Positions 6,929 to 16,773 of a stretch of 37,954 nt of DNA are shown here, one piece after another (the first letter of the stretch is position 1; every line of letters starts with the position of its first letter). The notes below the pieces were generated by a model. The model was not told where the DNA came from. It searched no databases and saw nothing but the letters and a program-made list of their open reading frames with translations. The stretch is taken from assembly GCA_016214465.1 (NCBI GenBank), contig JACROI010000025.1:1-37954 (forward strand). The letters run 5' to 3'. Origin of the DNA: Candidatus Magasanikiibacteriota bacterium (GTDB lineage: Bacteria; Patescibacteriota; Patescibacteriia; Magasanikbacterales; UBA10003). Made by a program: the position numbers and the translations under genes.

Positions 6929-8755
6929 TTATACCTCAATAATCACCGGCAAGACCATAGGGCGGCGTTTGGTTTGGGTATAGAGAAACTGTCCGAGATC
7001 ATTGCGGATTTTGTTTTTAATGAATTCGGCAAAAGCCGGGGAACGAGGATCGCCATCGCGCAATAATTTCTTGGCGCGCATTCGCGTCTTTTCCACCAGC
7101 TCTTTGTTTTCTTTCATATAAATAAATCCTCGAGAAATCAAATCAGGATTGCCTATCAAACGGCCGGTCTTTTTTTCAATAGTGGCGATGACCACGAGCA
7201 TGCCATCCTCAGCCATTACGCGCCTGTCACGCAAAACAACATTGGACACATCGCCCACTCCCAGTCCGTCCACCATTACATATTCAGACGGAACATATTC
7301 AGTTGTAAGCCGTGCGCCTTTTTTATCAAACTCCATCACTTGTCCATTGTCGGCGATAAAAATATTTTCTTTGGGAATACCAATTGAGATAGCCAAATCA
7401 GCGTGCGATTGCAACATAAAACGATTACCGTGAATTGGAATAAAATATTTTGGTTTGGTCAGGCGCATCATTAATTTCAAATCCTCTTGTTTGGCATGGC
7501 CGCCGGCATGCACATCCATCATTTTGGAATGTACAACCCGCGCGCCATGGCGCACCAAAGTATCTTTCAAACTTTGCACCGTTCGTTCATTGCCAGGAAC
7601 AACGGAAGAAGAAAAAATAATAGTGTCATTTTGTTTTATCTTTAAAAATCGATGTTCTTCGTTGGCAATACGCATTAAGACAGCGTTTTTTTCGCCCTGC
7701 GCGCCGGTGCAAACAACAATTAAACTTTCATCGGGAATTTTCCTAACCTCGCCTTCTTCAATAATAGTGCCCGGTTTGTATTTCATATATCCAAGCTCGT
7801 GAGCAATCTCAATGTTGTTAATCATGCTGCGGCCGTCAATAAAAACCTTGCGGTTGTTTTTTTCCGCCAAAGTCATAATTTGCTGAGCGCGAGTTAAAAG
7901 CGACGCGAAAGTTCCAATAATAATGCGGCCGGGAGCTGCGGCAATAATTCTGTCTAATTCCTCGCCCACAACTTTTTCAGAAGTTTGGTGCCCCGGGCTT
8001 TCCGCGTCAGTTGATTCAGACATCAATGCCAAAACATTTTTCGTGCCAAACATGGCAATGCGATGCAGGTCGGCCGGCTCGTCATTTACCGGCGTAAAAT
8101 CAAATTTAAAGTCCCCGGTGTGCAAAACCAATCCCAAAGGAGTGGATAGGGCCACGCCAAACGCGTCCGAGATATTGTGATTGATGTGAAACGGCTCAAA
8201 AACAAAATTCTGACCCAATGGCACTTTGGTTTGGCCATTAACTAAAACAATGCGCAATGGCGGGGCGTCGCGAAATTCTTCCTGTCGTTTGCGCATAATG
8301 CCGGCGGTCAAAGGCGCGGTGTAGATAATCGGATTGCCCAATTTGCCCACCAAATGCGGCACGCCGCCAATATGGTCGTAGTGACCGTGCGTAATAATCA
8401 CCCCGCGAATATTTTTTTCTTTACCTTTCAGATAATTAATATCCGGAATAATGTAATCAATGCCAGGCATGTCTTCTTCGGGAAATTGCAAACCGATGTC
8501 CACAATCACAATATCATTACCATATTCAAAAATGGTCATGTTACGGCCGACTTCTTCCAAACCGCCCAAAGGAATAATTCTAAGACGATCGCTGGCTGGT
8601 TCAGAATGATGCAATGGCGCCGGAACCTGATGAGACGCTGGACGCGGCCCGGCCAAGGGCCGTATATGAGCTCCGCCGGTTTTGGCGTGAGCTGTTGCTG
8701 ACGGACGAACGCCGCTGTGGCGCGGTTTTTGTCCAGACCAAAAATGAGTTGTCAT
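6929..8755 (-). CDS. rnj: Ribonuclease J
   Basis: PLGGLEEVGRNM, THGHYDHIGG, HTGDFKFD, HAGGHA and RRPMVLPVIIEV motifs. Low-complexity N-terminal extension; ATG at 8755. Confidence 0.95.
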   Translation of the reverse strand: MTTHFWSGQKPRHSGVRPSATAHAKTGGAHIRPLAGPRPASHQVPAPLHHSEPASDRLRIIPLGGLEEVGRNMTIFEYGNDIVIVDIGLQFPEEDMPGIDYIIPDINYLKGKEKNIRGVIITHGHYDHIGGVPHLVGKLGNPIIYTAPLTAGIMRKRQEEFRDAPPLRIVLVNGQTKVPLGQNFVFEPFHINHNISDAFGVALSTPLGLVLHTGDFKFDFTPVNDEPADLHRIAMFGTKNVLALMSESTDAESPGHQTSEKVVGEELDRIIAAAPGRIIIGTFASLLTRAQQIMTLAEKNNRKVFIDGRSMINNIEIAHELGYMKYKPGTIIEEGEVRKIPDESLIVVCTGAQGEKNAVLMRIANEEHRFLKIKQNDTIIFSSSVVPGNERTVQSLKDTLVRHGARVVHSKMMDVHAGGHAKQEDLKLMMRLTKPKYFIPIHGNRFMLQSHADLAISIGIPKENIFIADNGQVMEFDKKGARLTTEYVPSEYVMVDGLGVGDVSNVVLRDRRVMAEDGMLVVIATIEKKTGRLIGNPDLISRGFIYMKENKELVEKTRMRAKKLLRDGDPRSPAFAEFIKNKIRNDLGQFLYTQTKRRPMVLPVIIEV

Positions 8756-8866
8756 AAATAAGAGTTGGGAAAACAGTTGTTTTCCCTTAAACAAGAGATT
8801 AAATAGAGATTATTTCCACTATTGGACGCAATCTTCATTTAACCATAACTCTACCCGCCTGAAATA

Positions 8867-8895
8867 AGTATACCACAAAACTGAAATTCTGTCAA
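8867..8895 (-). promoter_or_regulatory. sigma70 promoter for rnj-trpS
   Basis: TTGACA(8895-8890)-17 bp-TATACT(8872-8867) with TG extension. The -35 overlaps the AEC gene stop codon. Confidence 0.8.
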
Positions 8896-9827
8896 ATCTG
8901 GTGTAGTATTGAAATCCAAAACGGCAGCGAGATAACTGATAAAATTGTGCTTAAGACAATGGAACGTGCGATAAATTCTTTATGCAAGCCAAACTTGTCG
9001 GCTAAAGCAAATGGAGTAATAGCCAAAGGCATGGCGGCTTGAATTATTGACGGCAAAAAAGCCGAAGGAGAAAATCCTAAAAATTTTACGCCAAAATAAA
9101 ATGCGGCCGGTAAAAAAATAAGTGTTGCCAGTGAAAATAACAATGCTGGAACCCAATCCATTACTTTTCCAATTCTAGATTTGCCAATAAAAAGTCCGAT
9201 GACAATCAGCACGGTCGGTGTTACTGATGCGGTAATCATATCCAGCGACTTAGTTAAAACAGCTGGCAAAATTATTTTAAAACTCGCAACCAGTATTCCC
9301 AATACCACCCCTATCAACAGCGGATTTTTTACCAAATCAACAAAAATAGTTTTAAAAATATCTCTTTTTCTTTTTTGCTTATCATTAAATTCTAAAAATC
9401 CAATGCCAATGGTAAAGAGCCAAAACAAATAAATCGCCACAATCAAGCTGGCCGAAGAAAGAATTTTTTCGCCTAATATTTGAATGAGCACCGGAATACC
9501 GAGATAAGCCGTGTTTCCGAAAATAAGACAAAGAAAAAAAGTCCTGAACATTTTATTTTCCAATCGCAAAATTTTTCCCAATAAAAAAGCGAAAATAAAT
9601 GTCGCGATGATAAAAATGGAATTTGAAATTATCAACGATGATTGCTCGAAAAAAGAAAAAGATGTCTGGGCTAAGGCGGAAAAAATCAATACCGGCAAAC
9701 CAATTTTTAAAGCCAGATCATTTAAAACTTGCGACCAGTTTTCCCCTATTTTCAGCCAGCGCTGAAGAGCGGCGCTGACAAAAATTATTAAAAACAACGG
9801 CGCGATGATGGAAAAAATTTGAGACAT
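8892..9827 (-). CDS. AEC family (auxin efflux carrier/malate permease-like) transporter
   Basis: About 10 TM helices; FGNTAYLGIP, KNPLL, QAAMP and STILS motifs. Confidence 0.88.
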   Translation of the reverse strand: MSQIFSIIAPLFLIIFVSAALQRWLKIGENWSQVLNDLALKIGLPVLIFSALAQTSFSFFEQSSLIISNSIFIIATFIFAFLLGKILRLENKMFRTFFLCLIFGNTAYLGIPVLIQILGEKILSSASLIVAIYLFWLFTIGIGFLEFNDKQKRKRDIFKTIFVDLVKNPLLIGVVLGILVASFKIILPAVLTKSLDMITASVTPTVLIVIGLFIGKSRIGKVMDWVPALLFSLATLIFLPAAFYFGVKFLGFSPSAFLPSIIQAAMPLAITPFALADKFGLHKEFIARSIVLSTILSVISLPFWISILHQI

Positions 9828-9840
9828 AAATTTTAATTTT

Positions 9841-9912
9841 TGCCTCCAAGAGGAGTCGAACCTCTATTACAAGATCCGGAATCTTGCGTCCTATCCATTG
9901 AACGATGGAGGC
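9841..9912 (-). tRNA. tRNA-Arg (CCG)
   Basis: Acceptor stem GCCTCCA/TGGAGGC; anticodon arm CAAGA-ttCCGga-TCTTG; GGTTCGACTCC. Confidence 0.95.
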
Positions 9913-9913
9913 A

Positions 9914-11017
9914 TTAAATCAGTTTTCGTATTTTTTTTATTTGCTGAAATAATTTATACACTTTCGGCTGGAACGGCAGTTCGTAAGCGCCGGCAAAACT
10001 GTGCGTCTCTCCGCCAAAACCGCGCTTAAAACGGGTAATCCCGGTCCAGCTCGTTTTAAAATCAAAATCATTTTCATCATCCGGATTAATTCCCCCAAAA
10101 TCATAATAATGATAACCGTTCTGTTTGGCAAATTGAATCGCTTGCCAGTGCAAAAAATATGGAGCCATTAAATCGCGGCATTCTTTGGAAGATGCGCCGT
10201 GAACATAAATGAACGAATCGCCGAAACCGATAAAAATGCCGCCGGCTAACATTTTGTCTTGATAATTTACTAACAAAAGACGACAAACGGGAATTTGTAA
10301 CATTAATTGATAATATTTTTTTGCGTGTAATTTGATTTTATCGCGGCGAGAGGTTTCTTTCATCAAATTCCGAAAAACATCAAACCCAGTTTTACTGTCA
10401 CTGAATTTCAAATCTTTTTTTTCCGCCAATCGGATATTGTATCTGGTTTTTTGATGCATTTCCGTGAGTAATTGCTCTTCGGATTTGTTCAAATCCAACA
10501 ACAAGGTATGCGTCGGCTGAATGGAAGGCACTCGGTAATGCGTCATTGCGAGCGACCCCGACGGCAGTCGGGGAGCGTGGCAATCTCGTATATTATCAGG
10601 ATTGCTTCGTCGCTCCGCTCCTCGCAATGACGATTCTTGCGTCGTTTGTTCACTAAAATGGGGCTCAAACCGAAAAAAAACATGCCCATAATTAACAATA
10701 TTTTTTTTAATAAATTCAAACAATCTATTTATTCCTGGTTCATTATCGTTGGAGATTCCTCGCTCCGCTCGGAATGACAAGAAAAAAATCGGCCCGCGCG
10801 GACAATACAAATAACCCATTCCAAAGCCCAAATAATGTTCAATAATTTGCGCAACGCCAATTAATTCCATGCTGTCAAACACGCCAACACGCCACACTCT
10901 TCGGCCAAATTCCTTTTGAAATTCTCCCCAATCCCATGATTGCAAAAACTGGGCATGCGATTGCCCAGCCACAAATTTATTCCATTGTTCTTTATCATCA
11001 ATCAATCGGCATTGCAT
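9914..11017 (-). CDS. FemABX/FemX family peptidoglycan peptidyltransferase with in-frame repeat insertions
   Basis: FLQSWDWGEF, YCPRGP, KTRYNIRLAEKK, YDFGG and GITRFKRGFGG motifs. Confidence 0.88.
   Translation of the reverse strand: MQCRLIDDKEQWNKFVAGQSHAQFLQSWDWGEFQKEFGRRVWRVGVFDSMELIGVAQIIEHYLGFGMGYLYCPRGPIFFLSFRAERGISNDNEPGINRLFEFIKKNIVNYGHVFFRFEPHFSEQTTQESSLRGAERRSNPDNIRDCHAPRLPSGSLAMTHYRVPSIQPTHTLLLDLNKSEEQLLTEMHQKTRYNIRLAEKKDLKFSDSKTGFDVFRNLMKETSRRDKIKLHAKKYYQLMLQIPVCRLLLVNYQDKMLAGGIFIGFGDSFIYVHGASSKECRDLMAPYFLHWQAIQFAKQNGYHYYDFGGINPDDENDFDFKTSWTGITRFKRGFGGETHSFAGAYELPFQPKVYKLFQQIKKIRKLI
10541..10632. repeat. Full palindromic element inside the FemX CDS
   Basis: 12-bp perfect terminal inverted repeat CGTCATTGCGAG/CTCGCAATGACG. 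Translated as SSLRGAERRSNPDNIRDCHAPRLPSGSLAMT. Confidence 0.9.
10753..10779 (-). repeat. Variant half-element inside the FemX CDS
   Basis: TGTCATTCCGAGCGGAGCGAGGAATCT on the minus strand. Translated as LSFRAERGIS. Confidence 0.8.
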
Positions 11018-11019
11018 AT

Positions 11020-11595
11020 CTATTTTTTATTCAACACCTTCAACGCCTCTTTCAAAACTTTTGACGCGTCTCCATCGGTTTTGACACACTTCACCGCGTC
11101 CCGCGCCTGATTTAATGAATAGCCCATTTCCACCAAGGCCTCCACGACATCACCCAATTTGGAAGAATCCCGCGCTCCGGCCACGCCTTCTGTTTTTTCC
11201 AATTTATCTTTCAACTCCACGACAATTCGTTCGGCAATTTTTTTGCCAATTCCAGAAACTTTTGTCAAATAGGTAAGGTCGCCGTGAACAATAGCGCTTT
11301 TGATTTCCGTCAATGACCCCAAAGCCAAAATATGCAAAGCGCTTTTGGGGCCAACACCACTAACGGAAATCAAAATTTTAAAAAAATCCAATTCTTCACC
11401 GGAAGAAACACCATACAAATCATGATTGTCTTCGCGTACTTGCAAATAGGTGAAAATTTTAATTGAGTCGCCAACACTGTGTTGCAATAACAAACCAGGT
11501 GCGACTTTTACCTCGTAGCCCACACCACAAGCGGTCAAAATCACAAAAAAATTTTTCCCGCGTGAAATAATTTTGCCCTCCAAATATGAGATCAT
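11020..11595 (-). CDS. ruvA: Holliday junction branch migration protein RuvA
   Basis: MISYLEGKI, GVGYEV, VRED...LYG, VSGVGPKSAL and GIGKKIAERIVVELKDK motifs. Confidence 0.96.
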   Translation of the reverse strand: MISYLEGKIISRGKNFFVILTACGVGYEVKVAPGLLLQHSVGDSIKIFTYLQVREDNHDLYGVSSGEELDFFKILISVSGVGPKSALHILALGSLTEIKSAIVHGDLTYLTKVSGIGKKIAERIVVELKDKLEKTEGVAGARDSSKLGDVVEALVEMGYSLNQARDAVKCVKTDGDASKVLKEALKVLNKK

Positions 11596-12020
11596 ACATC
11601 TTTTATTCCTATTCTATCCAAAGCCTTGTTATCAAAACGCTTTTTCACTTCAGCCACAATTTCTTGATAACGCGCCTGTTGTTCATCATTTAATAAATCT
11701 GGATGATTTTTTACCACATCATGCAAATTCACAAACGCCAACAAATCAAACGACATTCCCTTTTCTCCCAAATTCGCCGGCTGGGCTGGTGACGGCTCTT
11801 GCTTCCAACGCGCCATAATTTGATTTATCCGTTCAAATTTTTGATCCAATACTAATCTGACCGGCAATTTTTCCGACTTGGCCTCTTGCTTCATTCCTTC
11901 ATCTTCTATTGGCGGCGGGACTAATCTTAATTCCACTTTTTTTGCTTGTTGCCCACCTTCCTGTTCTGCTTCCGGCAACTCTCTAAATTGTTGACGCGCT
12001 TCCACTGGCATTGCGCACAT
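11592..12020 (-). CDS. Hypothetical protein
   Basis: Fills the operon gap with an ATGA overlap into ruvA. No recognisable motif; start may be 12011. Confidence 0.6.
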   Translation of the reverse strand: MCAMPVEARQQFRELPEAEQEGGQQAKKVELRLVPPPIEDEGMKQEAKSEKLPVRLVLDQKFERINQIMARWKQEPSPAQPANLGEKGMSFDLLAFVNLHDVVKNHPDLLNDEQQARYQEIVAEVKKRFDNKALDRIGIKDV

Positions 12021-12024
12021 ACAT

Positions 12025-12987
12025 TTATTTCTTCACCCTGCTCACGCGAATCAAACCGGAGCAAGGAATAATTTTTATGCCTTTTTTCTCCAACTCATCC
12101 AAAAATAAATTCAAACCCAAAGAATCCGACGCCATATGGCCGGCAATAATAATGTTCAAAAATGCGCCTTTGGCTTCGGCAAAACTTTTTTCATTCAGAT
12201 GCATGCCCACGATTGTGCTAATGCCCGCTTTGGATAATTCCTGAAAAATTTTCTCCGAAGGATTGGTGCCGCCGGTCATATCCACATACACTTTGCCGGC
12301 GCGATTGCCAACCCGGCCGCTCGTAATTTGCGGCCCGCCAGCGCGCCGTTTGGCCTCTTGATATTCCGGCAATTCCAACAACGCATCAACCACATCGCCT
12401 ACTGTTTCCATTTTTTTCTTTTTGAAAAAATCAGTTAAAAATTCCTGCACCAAATTATCAGTCAAAGTGTGAATGTTCATCAAATTCAGTCCGAGCAATC
12501 GTGCCGCGTCAATTTCGCGATAATGATTGGCCGCGTGCACACTGCGCCCAACTTCGCTAATGCGATCCTGCATCAAACTTTCAGCCACATGCACCGGCAC
12601 GCCTTGTTTGGCAAAACTGTCCACCTGCAAATCCATTACCTCGTGCAATTCAGCCAAGGGTTTGCCAATGGGATGATGTGCCAATACCAAATCAATTTTT
12701 TCTCCGCGATCGCGCAATTCTTCTGCCAACAATAACTCACTCACGCCAATATCCACGCCCACCATTACTCCGCGTACTTCAGAGGCTGGCTTATCAGCTA
12801 AATGAATGCTGGAATCAGCATACGGATCAACCAGCTTGCTCTGGTCAAAATATTTCTTCTCATTGGCCGGCAGTGCCTCATACTGTTTTTTAACCTTAGC
12901 CAAATACTTTTTAACTCCTACTTCGCCGCGCGGGTCGGCCTTCAGGCCCATTTTCAGAGCCAAATCGTAGATTTGTTGTATGGTCAT
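12025..12987 (-). CDS. NIF3-like (NGG1p interacting factor) metal-binding protein
   Basis: ADPRG, PYADS, LAHHP, IHT.TDN and IAGHMASDSLG motifs. Confidence 0.8.
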   Translation of the reverse strand: MTIQQIYDLALKMGLKADPRGEVGVKKYLAKVKKQYEALPANEKKYFDQSKLVDPYADSSIHLADKPASEVRGVMVGVDIGVSELLLAEELRDRGEKIDLVLAHHPIGKPLAELHEVMDLQVDSFAKQGVPVHVAESLMQDRISEVGRSVHAANHYREIDAARLLGLNLMNIHTLTDNLVQEFLTDFFKKKKMETVGDVVDALLELPEYQEAKRRAGGPQITSGRVGNRAGKVYVDMTGGTNPSEKIFQELSKAGISTIVGMHLNEKSFAEAKGAFLNIIIAGHMASDSLGLNLFLDELEKKGIKIIPCSGLIRVSRVKK

Positions 12988-13070
12988 AGTGAATTGATTT
13001 TAACAAAAAAAGATGAAAAAAGCAACCTGCACTGCCACAAACCATCACTTTCTGCTAAAATACACTCACT

Positions 13071-15491
13071 ATGTCCCAAGAACTTTTAACCCAAATCATC
13101 CATCATCGGCACGAATACAAAGGCCTGACTTCAGCACAGGCCGAGGCGCGATTGCGCGAATTCGGCCACAACAGCCGCAAACCAACAAAAAAGAAAAACA
13201 GCTGGCAGAGGGCCTGGCACATTGCCACCGAACCCATGATGCTATTTTTAATCGCCGGCGCCGCTGTGTATTTTTTTGTTGGCAAATTTTTGGAAACCGC
13301 TATCTTACTTGGTTCCATCATACCAATCGTGCTCATGGAATTTTTCCAAGAACAGCACGTAGACAAGACATTGGAGGCCTTGGATAAAATCATGGAAACC
13401 TACTGCATGGTTTGGCGCGATGGAAAAACGCAAAAACTGGAAATTAAATTTTTAGCGCCCGGGGATTTGGTGTATCTGACTGCCGGAGATAAAATCCCGG
13501 CTGATGGAATATTACTTAAATCGCCCGGACTCATGATTGACGAATCAATGCTCACAGGCGAATCATTAGCCGTGGCCAAATCAGAAACGCCGGTCGCGCA
13601 AGAAAAAATCAATCGCGAACATCAGCTTTGGCAAGGAACTGTGGCGGTGCAAGGTGAGGGCGAGCTACTGGTTCTCGCCACCGGTGAAAAAACCACTTAC
13701 GGGCATTTGGAAACATTGGTTGGCCGCATCAAATCAGAGACAACTCCATTGCAGAAAAAAATCAATCAGCTGGTGCGTTATGTGGCGGCTGGCGCCATCT
13801 TTGTTGCTCTAAGCGTGGGGATTTTGCTTTCTTTTAAACACGACCTGGTGGCAGGACTTTTGGGCGGCATTACCATGGCCATTTCTTTGATTCCTGAAGA
13901 ATTCCCAATTGTTTTCAACGTCTTTTTAATTATGGGCGTATGGCGGCTGGCTCGCAAACAAACATTGGTGCGCGACATGGCCAAAGTGGAAATGCTTGGT
14001 TCAGCCACAGTGATTTGCTCTGACAAAACCGGCACTTTGACACAAGGTCAAATGTCTCTGGAACAAGTCTACACTCACGGCCGTTTGTATAATGTTAAAG
14101 ATAAAGAACAAGACGGCCATTTTACGCATTTGATAAAATCCGCCCTACTGTCTTTGGAACAAGTGGCTGTTGACCCGATGGAGGTGGAAATTCAACGATT
14201 TGCCAAAACCCTGCGACTGGACGCGGCCGGAATTTATGACGAACATGTTTTGATTCAAGACAGCACTTTCAGCACCCAGACCAAAATGGTGCATCATTTA
14301 TGGCAGGAAAAATCCGGCGCTTGTTTTCAATACACTGCCGGCGCGCCGGAAGCTGTACTGGCACATTGTAATTTGCCAAAAGAGGAAAAAGATAAAACTG
14401 AAAATGTTTTATCAAAGATGACTGAAAAGGGTTGGCGCGTGATTGCGATTGCTGAACGGCCCTGCGCGGTTGGAGAAAAAATCGCCGCGCGTGAAATGCG
14501 ATTTGTCGGACTTTTGGCCATGAGCGACCCGCCGCGCGAGGGAGTTAAAGAGGCCTTGGCTGCGTGCCAAACCGCAGGCATTCGCGTAATTATGATTACG
14601 GGCGACAACAAACTGACGGCTCACACCATTGCCGAGCAGATCGGCTTGGCGCATCATGAAGAAATTATTACCGGAGATGACTTGAAAAAATTATCGCCAG
14701 CGGCGTTGAAACAAGCTGTCTTACGCCATGAAATTTTCGCCCGCATTGAACCGGAGCAAAAATATCTGATTGTGGAGGCCTTGCAATCAGCGGGCGAAAT
14801 CGTGGCCATGACCGGCGACGGAGTGAATGACGCGCCGGCGTTAAAAAAAGCCCACTTGGGCATTGCCATGGGCCAGCGAGGCACGGAAGCCGCGCGAGCG
14901 GCCGCCAGCATGGTGCTGTTGGATGATAATTTTGCCACAATTGTCACAGCTGTAAAAGAAGGCCGCCGCATTTATGACAATCTGCGCCAGGCGTTTGTAT
15001 TTTTATTCTCATTTCATTTGCCGATTGTCGGACTCGCGATTTTGCCGCTATTTTTCGGCCAGCCCCTGATTTTCTTTCCAATTCACGTAATATTTTTGGA
15101 ATTGATTTGCGATCCAGCCGCGGTCTTGGGTTTTGATAGGGAAAAAGCGCGGTATGGCCTGATGAACGAACCGCCGCGGTCGACAAACGAACCAATTATC
15201 AACCACAAGCACATTAAACAAATCCTTCTGCGCGGCTTGGGAATTTTAACAATTAGTTTTGGCTTATATTATTGGGCGGCTATATATGGGAGCAATATCG
15301 TGCTCGGCCGCACCCTGGCTTTCAGTTCGCTGGTGATTTCTCAAGTCCTACTAATTTTACTGTCTCGCGAGTGGCAACAGGTCAAAAGCAATCCCCTGCT
15401 TTTAAGCATTTCCGGCCTAACTTTAGTCGCGCTCGCCGCGATTCTGTTTATCCCGACATTGCGGGAAGTGTTTTATTTTGGATTAAAATAA
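13071..15491 (+). CDS. P-type cation-transporting ATPase (P2-type)
   Basis: TGES, IPEEFP, CSDKTGTLT, MITGDN and TGDGVNDAPALKKA motifs. C-terminus looks short. Confidence 0.93.
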   Translation: MSQELLTQIIHHRHEYKGLTSAQAEARLREFGHNSRKPTKKKNSWQRAWHIATEPMMLFLIAGAAVYFFVGKFLETAILLGSIIPIVLMEFFQEQHVDKTLEALDKIMETYCMVWRDGKTQKLEIKFLAPGDLVYLTAGDKIPADGILLKSPGLMIDESMLTGESLAVAKSETPVAQEKINREHQLWQGTVAVQGEGELLVLATGEKTTYGHLETLVGRIKSETTPLQKKINQLVRYVAAGAIFVALSVGILLSFKHDLVAGLLGGITMAISLIPEEFPIVFNVFLIMGVWRLARKQTLVRDMAKVEMLGSATVICSDKTGTLTQGQMSLEQVYTHGRLYNVKDKEQDGHFTHLIKSALLSLEQVAVDPMEVEIQRFAKTLRLDAAGIYDEHVLIQDSTFSTQTKMVHHLWQEKSGACFQYTAGAPEAVLAHCNLPKEEKDKTENVLSKMTEKGWRVIAIAERPCAVGEKIAAREMRFVGLLAMSDPPREGVKEALAACQTAGIRVIMITGDNKLTAHTIAEQIGLAHHEEIITGDDLKKLSPAALKQAVLRHEIFARIEPEQKYLIVEALQSAGEIVAMTGDGVNDAPALKKAHLGIAMGQRGTEAARAAASMVLLDDNFATIVTAVKEGRRIYDNLRQAFVFLFSFHLPIVGLAILPLFFGQPLIFFPIHVIFLELICDPAAVLGFDREKARYGLMNEPPRSTNEPIINHKHIKQILLRGLGILTISFGLYYWAAIYGSNIVLGRTLAFSSLVISQVLLILLSREWQQVKSNPLLLSISGLTLVALAAILFIPTLREVFYFGLK

Positions 15492-15504
15492 ACATTATAT
15501 TCTA

Positions 15505-16206
15505 TCATCTATTCTCCGATTCTCTGATTTTTTGTTGAAGTAAAAATAAAAATTCTTTGACCAAATTTTCTTTAATCCAAATTTTTTGCTTTTCCAATAC
15601 CAATTCGCCAATACCTTGCAAAATATTATTCACTTTTTTATCATTGATAAAATCATACAAATATCTATAATACGCCGTCAAATCCTTACCTGTTTTTTCT
15701 TTTATGATGTCCGCGCTAATCGGCAAATTATTTTTTAGAAAAAAATACGCGTCAAATAAATCGCGATTGACAAATTTTTTTCTAGAAGATAAAGCGACTA
15801 ATTTATTGGCCACTAGCGCTGACTGTTCCATAACTAAAAAAGGGAAACCAAACAAACTCTTTACCTCATATTTTTCAAATTTCTCCGGTCGCGTGGAAAC
15901 CTCAATTTTAATATTGTGATCTTTGAGCGCATAAGACGACAGCAAAAAAATAGTGTGCTTTTTAATATATTTGTCTTTAACTTCTCCAAACTGTTCAACG
16001 ATCGTTGATAATTTGGCAAAAACATCTTTGGCCTGTGCTGGAGCCAAGAGATTAAAATCCAAATCCACTGAAAAGCGCGGCAGATTGTAAAAAAGATAAG
16101 CGGCAGTTCCGCCTTTAAAACCTAAAATATTTCGCAAGCTGTGGTCGCCGTAGATACTGATCAGGATTCTTTCCATTATTTCCTGATGTTTTAATTTATT
16201 TAACAT
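15505..16206 (-). CDS. abiEii: AbiEii/AbiGii family nucleotidyltransferase toxin (type IV TA)
   Basis: FKGGTA.......RFSVDLDF, K..AL and RDLFD motifs. Overlaps the upstream antitoxin gene. Confidence 0.88.
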   Translation of the reverse strand: MLNKLKHQEIMERILISIYGDHSLRNILGFKGGTAAYLFYNLPRFSVDLDFNLLAPAQAKDVFAKLSTIVEQFGEVKDKYIKKHTIFLLSSYALKDHNIKIEVSTRPEKFEKYEVKSLFGFPFLVMEQSALVANKLVALSSRKKFVNRDLFDAYFFLKNNLPISADIIKEKTGKDLTAYYRYLYDFINDKKVNNILQGIGELVLEKQKIWIKENLVKEFLFLLQQKIRESENR

Positions 16207-16771
16207 AAGTTTGATACAAATTTTGCAAACGGTTTTCTAATTTTTTATTCTGATAAATCTTCACAAATTCAAAACACATATCCCAATTTATCGGCCGGAT
16301 ATTGTCAAAATAACAATCTTTTTGCAAATATAAAGTATCTAAAATTGCCCGCTCCAAAACGGCGCTGGTGCAATCATTTGTTATTTTTAATCCGGTGATA
16401 TTAAAAAGTACCTCGTTTTTTATTTTCTGATAAACAAATTTTTGTTTACCGACTGTGACAACTCTGCTATTTTTAGCGATTGAGTATATTGTTGAATCAT
16501 ATTGAAAAATGACCCCGCTGGCGGCTAACACTGTTCTTAAACTTACATAAGACGGGGAACACAATTTATTGGCCAATTCCCAAACATTATAATTATCATC
16601 AAAAGCAAAAAACCCTTTTTTAATTCTTTTTAAAGCCCCGCTTTTTACCAGACGATAAACCTTTACTTTCAAATAATTAAGATCATCAATCTTCCACAAC
16701 ATTGCTAAATCCTTGGTGGAAAACACGGTTCTTTTAGTTTTAAGTAAAATTACAATTGAATTGTCAGACAT
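16196..16771 (-). CDS. abiEi: AbiEi family antitoxin/transcriptional regulator
   Basis: N-terminal wHTH (LKRIKKG), PSYVSL..L...G.I and ERAILDTLY motifs. Directly upstream of AbiEii. Confidence 0.8.
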   Translation of the reverse strand: MSDNSIVILLKTKRTVFSTKDLAMLWKIDDLNYLKVKVYRLVKSGALKRIKKGFFAFDDNYNVWELANKLCSPSYVSLRTVLAASGVIFQYDSTIYSIAKNSRVVTVGKQKFVYQKIKNEVLFNITGLKITNDCTSAVLERAILDTLYLQKDCYFDNIRPINWDMCFEFVKIYQNKKLENRLQNLYQTYVK

Positions 16772-16773
16772 AG

